Positions 38,218 to 48,600 of a DNA stretch of 64,000 bases are shown here, piece by piece. The notes under the pieces are model-generated. The model made no database searches, had not been told where the DNA came from, and saw only the letters and a list, made by a program, of their open reading frames with translations. The DNA comes from Candidatus Arcticimaribacter sp. (GTDB lineage Bacteria; Bacteroidota; Bacteroidia; Flavobacteriales; Flavobacteriaceae), in NCBI GenBank assembly GCA_003023645.1, contig PXYQ01000001.1, positions 258-64,257 of the forward strand, in the 5' to 3' direction. Position numbers and translations under genes: made by a program. The number at the start of each line of letters is the position of its first letter. Position 1 is the stretch's first letter.

Positions 38218-38955
38218 CTATTCAATGATACCTGCACAGCTTACCCGCGCACCTGCAGCCCCAGATGGCTGAGACGTTAGATCATCTGCTCCTTGGTGAA
38301 CGATAATGGCTCTACCTACAAGGTTTTTATCTGCATCATCACAACCAATACACCATTGATCTGTACTGAACGTAATCATGCCATGGCCGCTACTGTCGGC
38401 AGTAAAGTTACCAATATCACCACGGTGATAACCTGCGGTATCTCCCCAAGCACCATGTGGCTGGAATGTTGGATTCCAGTGTCCGCCAGCTGACTTTCCA
38501 TCTGCTGAACTACAATCTGCTTTTTCGTGAATATGAATGGCGTGAACGCCTGCGTCCAATCCGTTGATGTGTGCTTCTAGTGTAACTTGACCATCTTTCT
38601 CGGTTAAAGAAACCATTCCGCTTGCAGTACTTCCACTCTTTGCTTCGAGAGAAAATTGAAGTTTCTTTTCAGTTTCTTGATGCATTTGATGTGGCTTATC
38701 ATGCAAAACAGTGCTTTTATGTGCTTCTACTTTTGCCTTTACTTCTCCTGGAGTTCCTTCAATTACTTGAACTTCTTCATTTAAAACTCCATTCTTATCA
38801 GTTATCGTGGTTATTGTTGCTCGAAGTAAGGTATCATTGACTTTTTTCATTTCAATAGAAACTTCAGCGTGCTTTTCTTTTTTAGGTTTTGTTTCACAGG
38901 AAACGAATAAAGAGGCAGTTAATATGCTAGCTAAAAGAATAGATGTGATTTTCAT
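38218..38955 (-). CDS. sodC: Cu/Zn superoxide dismutase lipoprotein with N-terminal extension
   Basis: FVSC lipobox; HAIHIH, GGHWNP, HRGDIGN, IIVHQGADD, ARVSCAGI. Confidence 0.92.
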   Translation of the reverse strand: MKITSILLASILTASLFVSCETKPKKEKHAEVSIEMKKVNDTLLRATITTITDKNGVLNEEVQVIEGTPGEVKAKVEAHKSTVLHDKPHQMHQETEKKLQFSLEAKSGSTASGMVSLTEKDGQVTLEAHINGLDAGVHAIHIHEKADCSSADGKSAGGHWNPTFQPHGAWGDTAGYHRGDIGNFTADSSGHGMITFSTDQWCIGCDDADKNLVGRAIIVHQGADDLTSQPSGAAGARVSCAGIIE

Positions 38956-39102
38956 GATGTTTTTTTTTTACAGTTTAAAGTTAGAAAAAAATGAGTACGT
39001 GCCCTTTGTAAAAGGTATTTATCTGTTTTTAATTTTCAAATCAAATAGTAAATCTTTAATAAAACACACAAAACTCAAAAACACTATATTTACAAAAAAA
39101 AA

Positions 39103-40116
39103 TTGCGCACTAAAATATCACTTCTATTCGCTTTGATGTTACTGCTTAGTTGTAAGACTATGTATAAAACACTCCCTTTTTCTGAAACACCAATCCCAGA
39201 GGCACCTGATTACAACAATAACGACTCCTGGGCGGTTTTACCAGGTCAATATCCTGAAGAGTTAATATCAATTACGGGTAAGTCATCTCAAAGTGACGTG
39301 GATGTTTTTTTTGTATATCCTACCTTATTAACTGACAAAAAAGATTCCTCCTGGAATGCTGATTTTAATCGGGTTGATATTCGAAAGAATGTTCTTACAA
39401 AGTCGGTGAAATTTCAAGCATCAAGTTGGGCAAAGGCTGGTAATATATATGTTCCTTTTTATCGACAATCTCATTATAAAACCTATGTTAAGCCCTATGA
39501 TTTGGAAGGTCCAGCATCATGGAAAATCGCTTACCAAGATATTTCAAAAGCATTTGCATACTATTTAGAGCACTACAATAAGGGCAATGGAATTATTATA
39601 GCTGGTCACAGTCAGGGAAGTATTATGGCGAAAGAATTGATTAAGGATTTTTTTGACGACAAAGAATTACAAAACCAATTGGTAGCTGCTTATTTGCCAG
39701 GGGTTCGTGTTAAAAAAAATGAACTGGGTTCCATACAACCAATGTATCAGCCCGAAGCAATTGGCGGCTTTGTAAGTTGGAATACGTATAAGAAAAAGAA
39801 GTACCCTAAGGCCTACGAACAATGGTACAAAGGTGGTGTTACTACTAATCCAATTACTTGGGACAAAACGACTAAAACTTCGAGGTCGGAACACTTAGGG
39901 ACTTTAAATTCTGATGGTAAAATCTATGATATGGCGATTGGAATCGAAATTGTTGATGGTTTGATATGGTCAACTGTACCGCGAATTCCCAAACGATTCT
40001 TACTTTCATTTGTTAAAAGTTACCATTTTGCAGACGTAAATTTATTTTGGAAAGACATTGAAGTAAACGCCCAATTACGAGCAAAAACATGGTTGGAACT
40101 TCATAAGACTAACTAA
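39103..40116 (+). CDS. DUF3089 alpha/beta-hydrolase lipoprotein
   Basis: TTG start, LLSC lipobox, DVFFVYPT, GHSQG nucleophile elbow. Confidence 0.82.
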   Translation: MRTKISLLFALMLLLSCKTMYKTLPFSETPIPEAPDYNNNDSWAVLPGQYPEELISITGKSSQSDVDVFFVYPTLLTDKKDSSWNADFNRVDIRKNVLTKSVKFQASSWAKAGNIYVPFYRQSHYKTYVKPYDLEGPASWKIAYQDISKAFAYYLEHYNKGNGIIIAGHSQGSIMAKELIKDFFDDKELQNQLVAAYLPGVRVKKNELGSIQPMYQPEAIGGFVSWNTYKKKKYPKAYEQWYKGGVTTNPITWDKTTKTSRSEHLGTLNSDGKIYDMAIGIEIVDGLIWSTVPRIPKRFLLSFVKSYHFADVNLFWKDIEVNAQLRAKTWLELHKTN

Positions 40117-40652
40117 TGTTGAATACTTTACTTGATCGTTGCAAAGAAGAGTGGCAACTAGCTCTTACACAAAGAAAACACCCCTATCGTTTTTTTGTTT
40201 TAGGAACTGTTGCTAACTCTCGACCAGAATTAAGAACCGTTGTTTTGCGAGGTTATAATCCTGATTCAATGGAATTCACTATTTATACGGATGCTCGCTC
40301 GAGCAAAGTTTCTAGTTTAAATAAGAATGAATCTGTAGAAATTCTTTTTTATAATCCAGAAAAACTGACTCAGGTTCGCGTACAAGCCCAATGCGTTTTA
40401 AAAGAACAAAATGATGTTTTGTTTAATGAGCAAGCCTTGGCATCGCAAAAAGACTACACTACAAACCTAGCACCGGGTAGTCCCATCGACTCGGTGTCTT
40501 CTGTTTCTTTCTTGAATGAAGAGCATCATTTTTTGAAACTCGTTTTTCAAGCCACACAGCTCGAATATCTTGAATTGAAACGTCCCGTTCACATTCGTGC
40601 ACTATTTAAAAAGGCAAAGGAAAACTGGACAGGAGAATTTAGAACCCCCTAA
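40116..40652 (+). CDS. pyridoxamine 5'-phosphate oxidase-like FMN-binding protein
   Basis: PELRTVVLR, YTDARSSKV, LFY...QVR. Confidence 0.82.
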   Translation: MLNTLLDRCKEEWQLALTQRKHPYRFFVLGTVANSRPELRTVVLRGYNPDSMEFTIYTDARSSKVSSLNKNESVEILFYNPEKLTQVRVQAQCVLKEQNDVLFNEQALASQKDYTTNLAPGSPIDSVSSVSFLNEEHHFLKLVFQATQLEYLELKRPVHIRALFKKAKENWTGEFRTP

Positions 40653-40701
40653 AGCCATTCGTTAGATTATTTTTTGTAATTTTTGATTTTAAACGAGTCT
40701 T

Positions 40702-42153
40702 ATGAAATCAGAAGAAAACAAACAAAGTTCAAGAAGAAGTTTCTTAAAAAAAGGGCTTCTTGCCTCCTCCATAATGATTGTTCCAAGACATGTGCTTGGC
40801 GGTCAGGGTTATCTCGCTCCGAGTGATCGCTTAAACATTGCTGGAATTGGCGTAGGAGGAAAAGGAAGAAGTGATATTATCAATGCCTCAGTTAACGGGC
40901 GCGAACGTGTTGTTGCTTTATGTGACATAGATCCTAGCGGAACCCATGGCGTTTTAGATACCATCAAAGATTTTCCAAAAGCAAATTTTTACACCGATTT
41001 TAGAAGACTTCTAGATGCTGAAAAGGATCTTGATGCTATAACAGTATCGACTCCTGATCATACCCACGGTGTAATTGCTATGGAGGCTATGAATCGTGGG
41101 ATACATGTGTACGTTCAAAAACCCCTAACACACAATATTAAAGAAGCACGTTTACTCACCGAAACTGCTCGTGCAAGTAAGATGGTAAGTCAGATGGGGA
41201 ACCAAGGAGCTTCGAATCCAGCACAAGTTAAAATTCAAGAATGGGTTGATGCTGGACTCATCGGAAAAGTTTCTGAAGTTAAAGTATGGACTAATAGACC
41301 TGTGTGGCCACAGGGAATTCCTAAACCACAACCCGATCCACAAAACAAACCAGGCAACTTAGCTTGGGATCAATGGTTAGGCCCAGCATCTGAAACACCT
41401 TATAGTTCTTCCTTACATCCGTTCAACTGGCGAGGCTGGTGGGAATATGGTACTGGAGCACTAGGCGATATGGGTTGTCATTTAATTGACATTCCTTTTC
41501 GAGCACTTGGGTTGCATTACCCAACCGCAGTAGAATGTAGTGTTGGAAGTGTCTATACACAAATGTGGGTAGCAGAGCATTTGCCAGAAGGATGCCCACC
41601 CTCATCTTCGGTAACTATTAATTTTGATGCAACCGAAAAGAATCAAACCCCTTTAGTAATGACTTGGACCGATGGAGGGATACGTCCTGCGCATCCGGAT
41701 TTAATTCCATCGACCGAAGATATTGGTGAGCCAGGCGGGGGTAACGGTGTCTTGATGATCGGAGAACATGGAATTATTAGTTCGGGAGTATATGGTCAAT
41801 ATCCAAAATTATTTAGAAAAGGACAAGAAACCTTAACCTTTGATCAGCCAAAAAGTAAAGAACCAGAATTCGGGCATCAAAGACAATGGATTGATGCCAT
41901 AAAAGCAGGATTTAATAGTGATGAACACAAAGCACTGACTTCTTCTTTCGATTATTCAGGGCCACTTACGGAAACAGTTTTGATGGGTAATATTGCTATT
42001 CGTAGCTATTTGCTTCGAAAAGGAAGTGGAAGGAATATGGAATACTACGGTCGTAAAAAATTACTGTGGGATGGAGCTAAAATGAAAATAACAAACCTAA
42101 AAGACGCGAACCAGTTTATTGGTCGGAACTATCGTAAAGGATGGGAACTGTAG
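40702..42153 (+). CDS. Tat-exported Gfo/Idh/MocA oxidoreductase
   Basis: SRRSFLKK Tat motif; GIGVGGKG, STPDHTH, YVQKPLTH, GDMGCH. Confidence 0.9.
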   Translation: MKSEENKQSSRRSFLKKGLLASSIMIVPRHVLGGQGYLAPSDRLNIAGIGVGGKGRSDIINASVNGRERVVALCDIDPSGTHGVLDTIKDFPKANFYTDFRRLLDAEKDLDAITVSTPDHTHGVIAMEAMNRGIHVYVQKPLTHNIKEARLLTETARASKMVSQMGNQGASNPAQVKIQEWVDAGLIGKVSEVKVWTNRPVWPQGIPKPQPDPQNKPGNLAWDQWLGPASETPYSSSLHPFNWRGWWEYGTGALGDMGCHLIDIPFRALGLHYPTAVECSVGSVYTQMWVAEHLPEGCPPSSSVTINFDATEKNQTPLVMTWTDGGIRPAHPDLIPSTEDIGEPGGGNGVLMIGEHGIISSGVYGQYPKLFRKGQETLTFDQPKSKEPEFGHQRQWIDAIKAGFNSDEHKALTSSFDYSGPLTETVLMGNIAIRSYLLRKGSGRNMEYYGRKKLLWDGAKMKITNLKDANQFIGRNYRKGWEL

Positions 42154-42163
42154 GAAAATGTAG

Positions 42164-42949
42164 ATGAAGAAAAATGTGATATGGATTACCGGTGCATCTT
42201 CCGGAATTGGAGCTGAATTGGCAAAACAATATGCAAAAGAAGGGGCTTTACTCATTTTATCGGCACGCCGTGAAAAGGCTTTGCAAGAAGTGAAAAACTC
42301 TTGTGAACATCAAGAAAACATTACTGTTTTACCGTTAGATTTAAAGAATTTTAATTCAATGGCACAGTATGTTGAAAAAGCACTTGCTGTTTATGGTTCC
42401 ATTGACCTCTTAATCAATAATGGAGGTGTGAGTCAGCGATCCCTTATTGCGGACACAAAAATGGAAGTATATCAAGAATTGATGGATATCAATTATATGG
42501 GAACGGTAGCATTAACCAAAGCATTGTTGCCTTATTTTATAGAACGTAAAAAGGGTCATTTTGCAGTAGTGACCAGTGTAATGGGGAAATTTGGTTCTCC
42601 GTTCCGATCAGGATATTGTGGAGCTAAACATGCTTTACACGGTTTTTTTGATGTACTCCGTATGGAACATGAAAAAGACAATGTTGATGTTACGCTAATA
42701 TGTCCAGGTTTTGTACAAACTAATGTCACAATCAATGCTTTAACAGGAACTGGAGAGCGCTTGAATCATGATGATCCTGGAACACAAAATGGGCTTGAAG
42801 TAGCTTTCTTTTGTAGAAAAATGATCCGAGCGATCCGTAATAAAAAATGGGAAGTATCCTTCGGCAAGAAAGAAAAGCTAGGTGTTTTTGTCAAGCGATT
42901 CTCACAAAAATTACTACATGCAATCGTAATGCGTTCGAATGTGCGCTAA
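42164..42949 (+). CDS. short-chain dehydrogenase/reductase
   Basis: TGASSGIG, NNGG, YCGAK (YxxxK). Confidence 0.92.
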   Translation: MKKNVIWITGASSGIGAELAKQYAKEGALLILSARREKALQEVKNSCEHQENITVLPLDLKNFNSMAQYVEKALAVYGSIDLLINNGGVSQRSLIADTKMEVYQELMDINYMGTVALTKALLPYFIERKKGHFAVVTSVMGKFGSPFRSGYCGAKHALHGFFDVLRMEHEKDNVDVTLICPGFVQTNVTINALTGTGERLNHDDPGTQNGLEVAFFCRKMIRAIRNKKWEVSFGKKEKLGVFVKRFSQKLLHAIVMRSNVR

Positions 42950-42976
42950 AATTTATAACCCTAAATCTTAATCACT

Positions 42977-43861
42977 ATGAAAAATGAAAACAAGATGCAA
43001 AGACGCGATCTTATTAAAACACTTGCAGTTGGAGCAACTACTGCTTTTATTGGCTCTGGATTTACTAAGCTTCAAGCGCAAGAAGTTTCTAATCAATTGA
43101 AAGGGAATATCAATCATTCCGTATGTCAGTGGTGTTATCCAGACCTTAGTTTAGAAGAACTTTGTGAAGTAGCAAAAGAATTTGGTTTGATGGGAATTGA
43201 TTTAATAGGACCAAGCGGTTGGGATACATTAAAGAAACACAACCTTGTTTCGACCATGTGTAATGGTGCGGAAATAAGCCTGACCGAAGGATTCAATGAT
43301 CCTCAGTACCATCCGGTGTTAATTGAGAATTACACCAAGCACATCAAACTTGTAGCAGAAGCGGGTTTTACCAACCTCATTTGTTTTAGTGGAAATAAGA
43401 GAGGAGTGGATGATGAAACAGGTTTGCAGAATTGTGTTAAAGGTCTACAGCAAATACTTCCTTTAGCAGAAAAACTAGGCGTAGTTATTCAAATGGAGTT
43501 ATTCAATTCCAAAGTAGATCACCCAGATTATATGTGTGACAATTCTGCTTGGGGAATTGAGCTTTGCAAGCGACTCGATTCACCGAATTTCAAATTGCTC
43601 TACGATATTTATCATATGCAAATTTCGGAAGGTGATATCATAAGAACGATAACTGATCACCATCAATATTTTGGGCATTATCACACTGCAGGTGTTCCAG
43701 GAAGAAACGAAATTGATGATACTCAAGAATTGTTCTACCCAGCTATAATGAAGGCAATTGTCGAAACTGGATATGAAGGAGTAGTTGCTCAAGAGTTTAT
43801 TCCGAAAAATGAAAACCCATTAGAATCCTTAAAGAATTCTATTTTAATCTGCGACATTTAA
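42977..43861 (+). CDS. Tat-exported hydroxypyruvate-isomerase-like TIM-barrel protein
   Basis: QRRDLIK Tat-like motif; MELFN, YDIYHMQ, HYHTAGVPGRNE, AQEF. Confidence 0.85.
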   Translation: MKNENKMQRRDLIKTLAVGATTAFIGSGFTKLQAQEVSNQLKGNINHSVCQWCYPDLSLEELCEVAKEFGLMGIDLIGPSGWDTLKKHNLVSTMCNGAEISLTEGFNDPQYHPVLIENYTKHIKLVAEAGFTNLICFSGNKRGVDDETGLQNCVKGLQQILPLAEKLGVVIQMELFNSKVDHPDYMCDNSAWGIELCKRLDSPNFKLLYDIYHMQISEGDIIRTITDHHQYFGHYHTAGVPGRNEIDDTQELFYPAIMKAIVETGYEGVVAQEFIPKNENPLESLKNSILICDI

Positions 43862-43898
43862 AATATATCCCATGCTATAAGTTGGCTCTAAAGTTTCT

Positions 43899-43906
43899 TA
43901 TATTTG
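43899..43906 (+). promoter_or_regulatory. -7 element (TATATTTG)
   Basis: Exact match 21 nt before the ATG at 43928. Confidence 0.6.
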
Positions 43907-43927
43907 TATTACTATATATAAATCATT

Positions 43928-45019
43928 ATGAAACTTTTTAATCTTTACTTAATCGTATTTACTTTATTTTTAACTTCCTGCGGATCTGGATCTGGAGCAG
44001 ATCCTCATCTAAGTTTAGATGAGATAAGAGAGTTACAAGAAACGGTTGAAATTGATCTTGTTGGTAAATGGAAACTAAGAAGACCCTCCAATTCAATTTC
44101 AAATAAAACGTTTACTGCAACAAATAATTGCGATATAGTTCAGATCGAATTCATTGAAAATAACACCTATTTACTAAATATAAGCTACACAACTGCTGGC
44201 TCCTCTGAGTTGAATTACCAAACTTTTAAAGGGAAATTCAATCTTGTGTTTAAAGAATCTGATACAGAAGCAGTAATAGAACGTATTGTCCTTATGGGGC
44301 CAAACTATGAGCCGATCAATACTGTTCCTACTCAAGGATCAGTTGCTACAATATCAGAAATTGTAATTGATGCTAGTGGCAATGATATTTCTTTTGGTAT
44401 TCAATTGGAATCGGATACTGCTGCGACTTGTTTAATTGATTCCGTGATCTCCTTAACCGGTGATAAAGAAGAGAAATTAGAACCCAATGCTCCTGATGAT
44501 AGTAATCACATTAAAATTCAACAAGATTGGAGAATGGTAAGTGTTGTTGTGGATATAGAAGAAGACGCCAATATCAATGGCTTGTGCTTCCTTCTAGCAG
44601 AAGAATTTTCTGATCGATGCTTTGATCAGGAGACTCAAGAATTTAACTTAAACTGTCAACAGCCATCAAGCCTTAGCTTATTATTTTCTGGTTATGGTAC
44701 TTATTTATTGGCTTATTACGATGGATCAGACCAGATAATCTCAAGTGAAGAAGGGGAGTGGCGTTGGTTACCTAATACTGAAACTCCTTACAGTATTATT
44801 CAGGTTCGTTTTGAGAATGAACCTTGGGAAGAATCAGTTGCTTTAGTAATCGAACAAGTAACGGAAAGTTCACTTTTGATTCGTGAAACGGCAACTAATG
44901 AAGACGGGACTTCGTCTCCAGATGATGACATGGTAATCTATAATTTTCAGTTGGCAAGCCTTCCCTATGCAGATTCTTCCTGTGGAGATTTAGCTGAGTA
45001 TTCCGATACTAATAATTAA
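43928..45019 (+). CDS. acidic hypothetical lipoprotein with two lipocalin-like units
   Basis: LTSC lipobox; LVGKWKL and IQQDWRM motifs; several Cys. Confidence 0.6.
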   Translation: MKLFNLYLIVFTLFLTSCGSGSGADPHLSLDEIRELQETVEIDLVGKWKLRRPSNSISNKTFTATNNCDIVQIEFIENNTYLLNISYTTAGSSELNYQTFKGKFNLVFKESDTEAVIERIVLMGPNYEPINTVPTQGSVATISEIVIDASGNDISFGIQLESDTAATCLIDSVISLTGDKEEKLEPNAPDDSNHIKIQQDWRMVSVVVDIEEDANINGLCFLLAEEFSDRCFDQETQEFNLNCQQPSSLSLLFSGYGTYLLAYYDGSDQIISSEEGEWRWLPNTETPYSIIQVRFENEPWEESVALVIEQVTESSLLIRETATNEDGTSSPDDDMVIYNFQLASLPYADSSCGDLAEYSDTNN

Positions 45020-45049
45020 TTATATATTAGCTTAATAATTTATTGCTAA

Positions 45050-45691
45050 ATGAGAAAATACAAGGCCGTCTTTTTATGTAACGTATTGGTGTCTATTTGT
45101 TTGTTTGGATGTTCTTATGAAGAAGGAGTTGCTCTTAGTGACCTAACGATAGATGAAAATACTAGTCCAGTAATTCATCTGCTAGAGGATGATCTATATT
45201 CTGGTAGAGTATTTCAATACGAGAATGATACAGAACTCTTGTCTTTAGAATTTTACTTGTTGGATGGAGTTTATAACGGTTCCTATGCCCAATACTATCC
45301 TGGTGGATTGTTAAAGTACACCGCCTATTTTGATAAAGGAATTCTGAATGGTTTAGAAGAATATTATTTCGAAAATGGTCAATTGAAAGAATCTGTTAAT
45401 TATGTCAAGGGTAACTTCAATGGTAAACGAATGGTTTACTGGTCTAATGGTATTTTGAAGGAGCAAAATTCATTTTCAAATGGAGTTTTAGGAGGCGAAA
45501 ATCTCTTTTATTTTTCAGATGGTAAGCTTCGTAAACGTTTAAAATTTGATACTAGCGGCAAACGAGATGGTAAGTGGGAAGACTTTCACCCCAATGGGCA
45601 ACTCAAATTGCGTGTCGTATACAAAAATGGAACCTTATTGTCGACCTCAGATACTTTTGATTTTCATGGAAATGTTATTGTAAGCCAATAA
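45050..45691 (+). CDS. MORN-variant repeat (YwqK-like) lipoprotein
   Basis: LFGC lipobox; repeats YYFENGQLK, YWSNGILK, YFSDGKLR, FHPNGQLK. Confidence 0.85.
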   Translation: MRKYKAVFLCNVLVSICLFGCSYEEGVALSDLTIDENTSPVIHLLEDDLYSGRVFQYENDTELLSLEFYLLDGVYNGSYAQYYPGGLLKYTAYFDKGILNGLEEYYFENGQLKESVNYVKGNFNGKRMVYWSNGILKEQNSFSNGVLGGENLFYFSDGKLRKRLKFDTSGKRDGKWEDFHPNGQLKLRVVYKNGTLLSTSDTFDFHGNVIVSQ

Positions 45692-45694
45692 TTA

Positions 45695-48600
45695 TTAGTT
45701 ACATACTTTTGAACTGAGAACGGTATAGCTTCCACTTCCAATTGTAACGGAACCATCTAAATGACAAAATATAAATACTCTACCCTTGGGTACATACACA
45801 TCGTAGGTTCTACAATCACACCCTTGATAGCTTATGAGTACTCCATTGCTTCCAGCTTCTATTGTTTTTTCTGTGCAAGGTGAACAGGTTAGTGTGATAT
45901 TGACTGTCACGATATTACTGTCTAGTGTTCCGTCATTTGCTTTATACGTAAAACTATCCCCAGCATTCATTACGCCACCTTGAATATAACTGAAAGTTCC
46001 TCCAGGGTTTAGAACTAAAGTTCCAGAAGTTGGATTTGTAACTAGAACAGCAGTTAATGGGTCTGCATCTGTATCTGTATCATTCATCAATACATTGTTC
46101 ATTCCGCCAGTCAATATAGAAGTCGTTTGTCCCACGCCTACGGTTATACTGTCAGGAAAAGCAACTGGTGCGTCATTTGTTGGAGTAATAGTTACAGAAA
46201 CAACTGTAGGTAAGCCATAGCCTTTTCCGTCGAAAGGAATATAGGTAAAACTATCGGTGAAATCTTCAGATCCTAAATGGGTATAGGTAAACGATCCGTT
46301 AGCGTTTAATGCTAAAGTTCCAAAGAGTGGACTCGTTCCAATGGTTGCCGTTAGTATTGCAGTATCGCCAGTATCTACATCGGTGTCATTTGACAGTACA
46401 CTTGTTGAAGCAGCAGTGGTGGTAGTTGCAGTTCCACCTTCAAATAATGCAATCGTCTCGGTAACGCCTATTGGAACATTATTGATGAAAATTGTAACAG
46501 TGGTTGTATTTCCAATATTTAAAAATGTGTCTTGGGGTGTATAGGTGAAGCTGTCAGTAACAGTAGTACTGTTGTCGTGAGTATAGGTGAAGTTTCCGTT
46601 GGTTAACAAGTTTATTGTACCGTTCACAGGACCAGTCACTAATATTGCAGTTATGGCGTCCCCTTCTGGATCAGAATCATTTGCTAAAACAGAATTCGTT
46701 ACGCCGTCATTCAATACACTCGATGTTGCTCCTTTTGCTAAATTCACGACCTCTCCCACACCAATAGGTGGATCATTTACAGGCGTAATACTAACTGTAA
46801 AGAGGTCATCAACAGTACAGCTCATATCTCCATCTAAGGCTATTAAGTTAATGAACGTTGAGCCGCTTTGGTTTGGTAAAAAGTCAATAATCAAAGCTGT
46901 TGCTGTAATGCTTGTAGCTACTAAGCTGCTGTTTCCAATAGAAGTCATGTAGTTCAAAGGTGTAGTGTCTACATCAGCAAATATGCCAGCCAACGGAATA
47001 ATAAAATCAGGATCATCTTCATTTGCTGATACATCTGGAGTTGGATTCTCAAGAGTTGGGCAGTCATTTATTGGATTTATTGTAACTGGAATTTCAATAT
47101 CAATATCACAATTTCTTCCATCGTTTACATTTAGTGTCATGGTAGTAGTACCAAATTGATTTAGCTTAGGGGTAAAAGTTACAATTCCATTAGCTGCTAA
47201 AACTGCTGTAAGTAGGTTGGTTGCTGTATGTGTTAATGTATACATCGGCGCATTGCCATCTGCATCACTGATTTCGGCTCCATAATTCCAAGTCCATGCT
47301 GCCCCATCTTCATTGGCGGCTGGGAATCCACCCACGGCTGTATAAATCGGACAATCATTCACTTCTTGGATTGCGATATTAACCAAAATGACATTCCCAT
47401 CCAGTCCTGATACAACTTCTGCTGCTCTATATTGAAATGTATCGGTGGTTGTTTCCGATCCATCGTGGATATAGGTGAAGGTTCCTGTTGAAGAAATCAC
47501 TACATTTCCGTTTATCGCTTGGGTTGTGAGTATTGCTTCTAGCGCATTATTTTCGGTATCGGTATCATTTGCTAATAAAGATGAGGCAGCTAAAATGGTA
47601 GCTGTAACAGTACCTCCTTCCAGCACAGATAAATTTTCGGTAACGGTTATTGGAGGATCATTTACCGCTGTTATATTAACTAAAAACACATCCTGTACTG
47701 TAGAACATCCATTAAGATCATCTACCGAAATAGTTACTGTCGTAGTTCCATTTTGTTCTGGAATATACTGAATGGTTAATGTACTTGTATTTAAGGTTAC
47801 GTTTGCTACAGAGGTATCGGCATTGGTGAATGAAAAGGATAAAGCATCATTTTCAGCATCCGAAAAATTTGGACTTAAATTGATAACCGTATCAGTTGCA
47901 TCCTCATTTACTGTAATATCTGGAAATGGAGTGTCAACTTCAGGGCAATCATTTACGGCAGCTATGTTAATTGTAACACTAACAATAGTACTTGATAATA
48001 AATCTGAAAGGGTATAGTTGAATGTATCCGTAGTGGTTTCCGAACCATTGTGGTTGTATACAAAAGTCCCGCTGTTTTGTAGACTAAAAGCCCCACCCGA
48101 ATGATTAAACGGCCCAGATCCCGGTACTAAAGTAGCTGTTAAGTTATCACCTTCAGTGTCGGTGTCATTGGCTAGTACGGTGATAGAAATTGTAGTTGAG
48201 GTTGCAGTTTCATTTTCATTTACATTTATAATATCAGGAGTTCCAACGGGTGCGTCGTTTTGTGGTTCAACATTAACTATAAAAGTAGAACTGACAAGTG
48301 TAGAACATACGCCATCTGAAGCATACAGAATGATTGTGCTACTTCCAGTCATATTGTTTACAAAATCTAAGGTAAGGGTAGTGGTGTTTAAAGTAGCTGT
48401 TAGTAAAGATGTATTGGTATTGCTAACGGTAAGCGTTATCGTATTCAACTCTTCATCTGTAAAAACAGGACCTAAATCAATATCTAAATCCGCAGCATCT
48501 TCCATAACAGTTTGAGTTGTTATTGCACTTGCAACGATTGGGCAGTCGTTTGTGTGCGTAATTTGTATGGTAACGGTAGTAGTATTTCCTAAGACACCAT

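Noticed and set aside
38890-38905. parS-like sequence TGTTTCACAGGAAACG
   Set aside because: Only 13 of 16 positions match TGTTTCACGTGAAACA, the central CGTG is broken, and it lies inside sodC. No convincing parS was seen near parAB.
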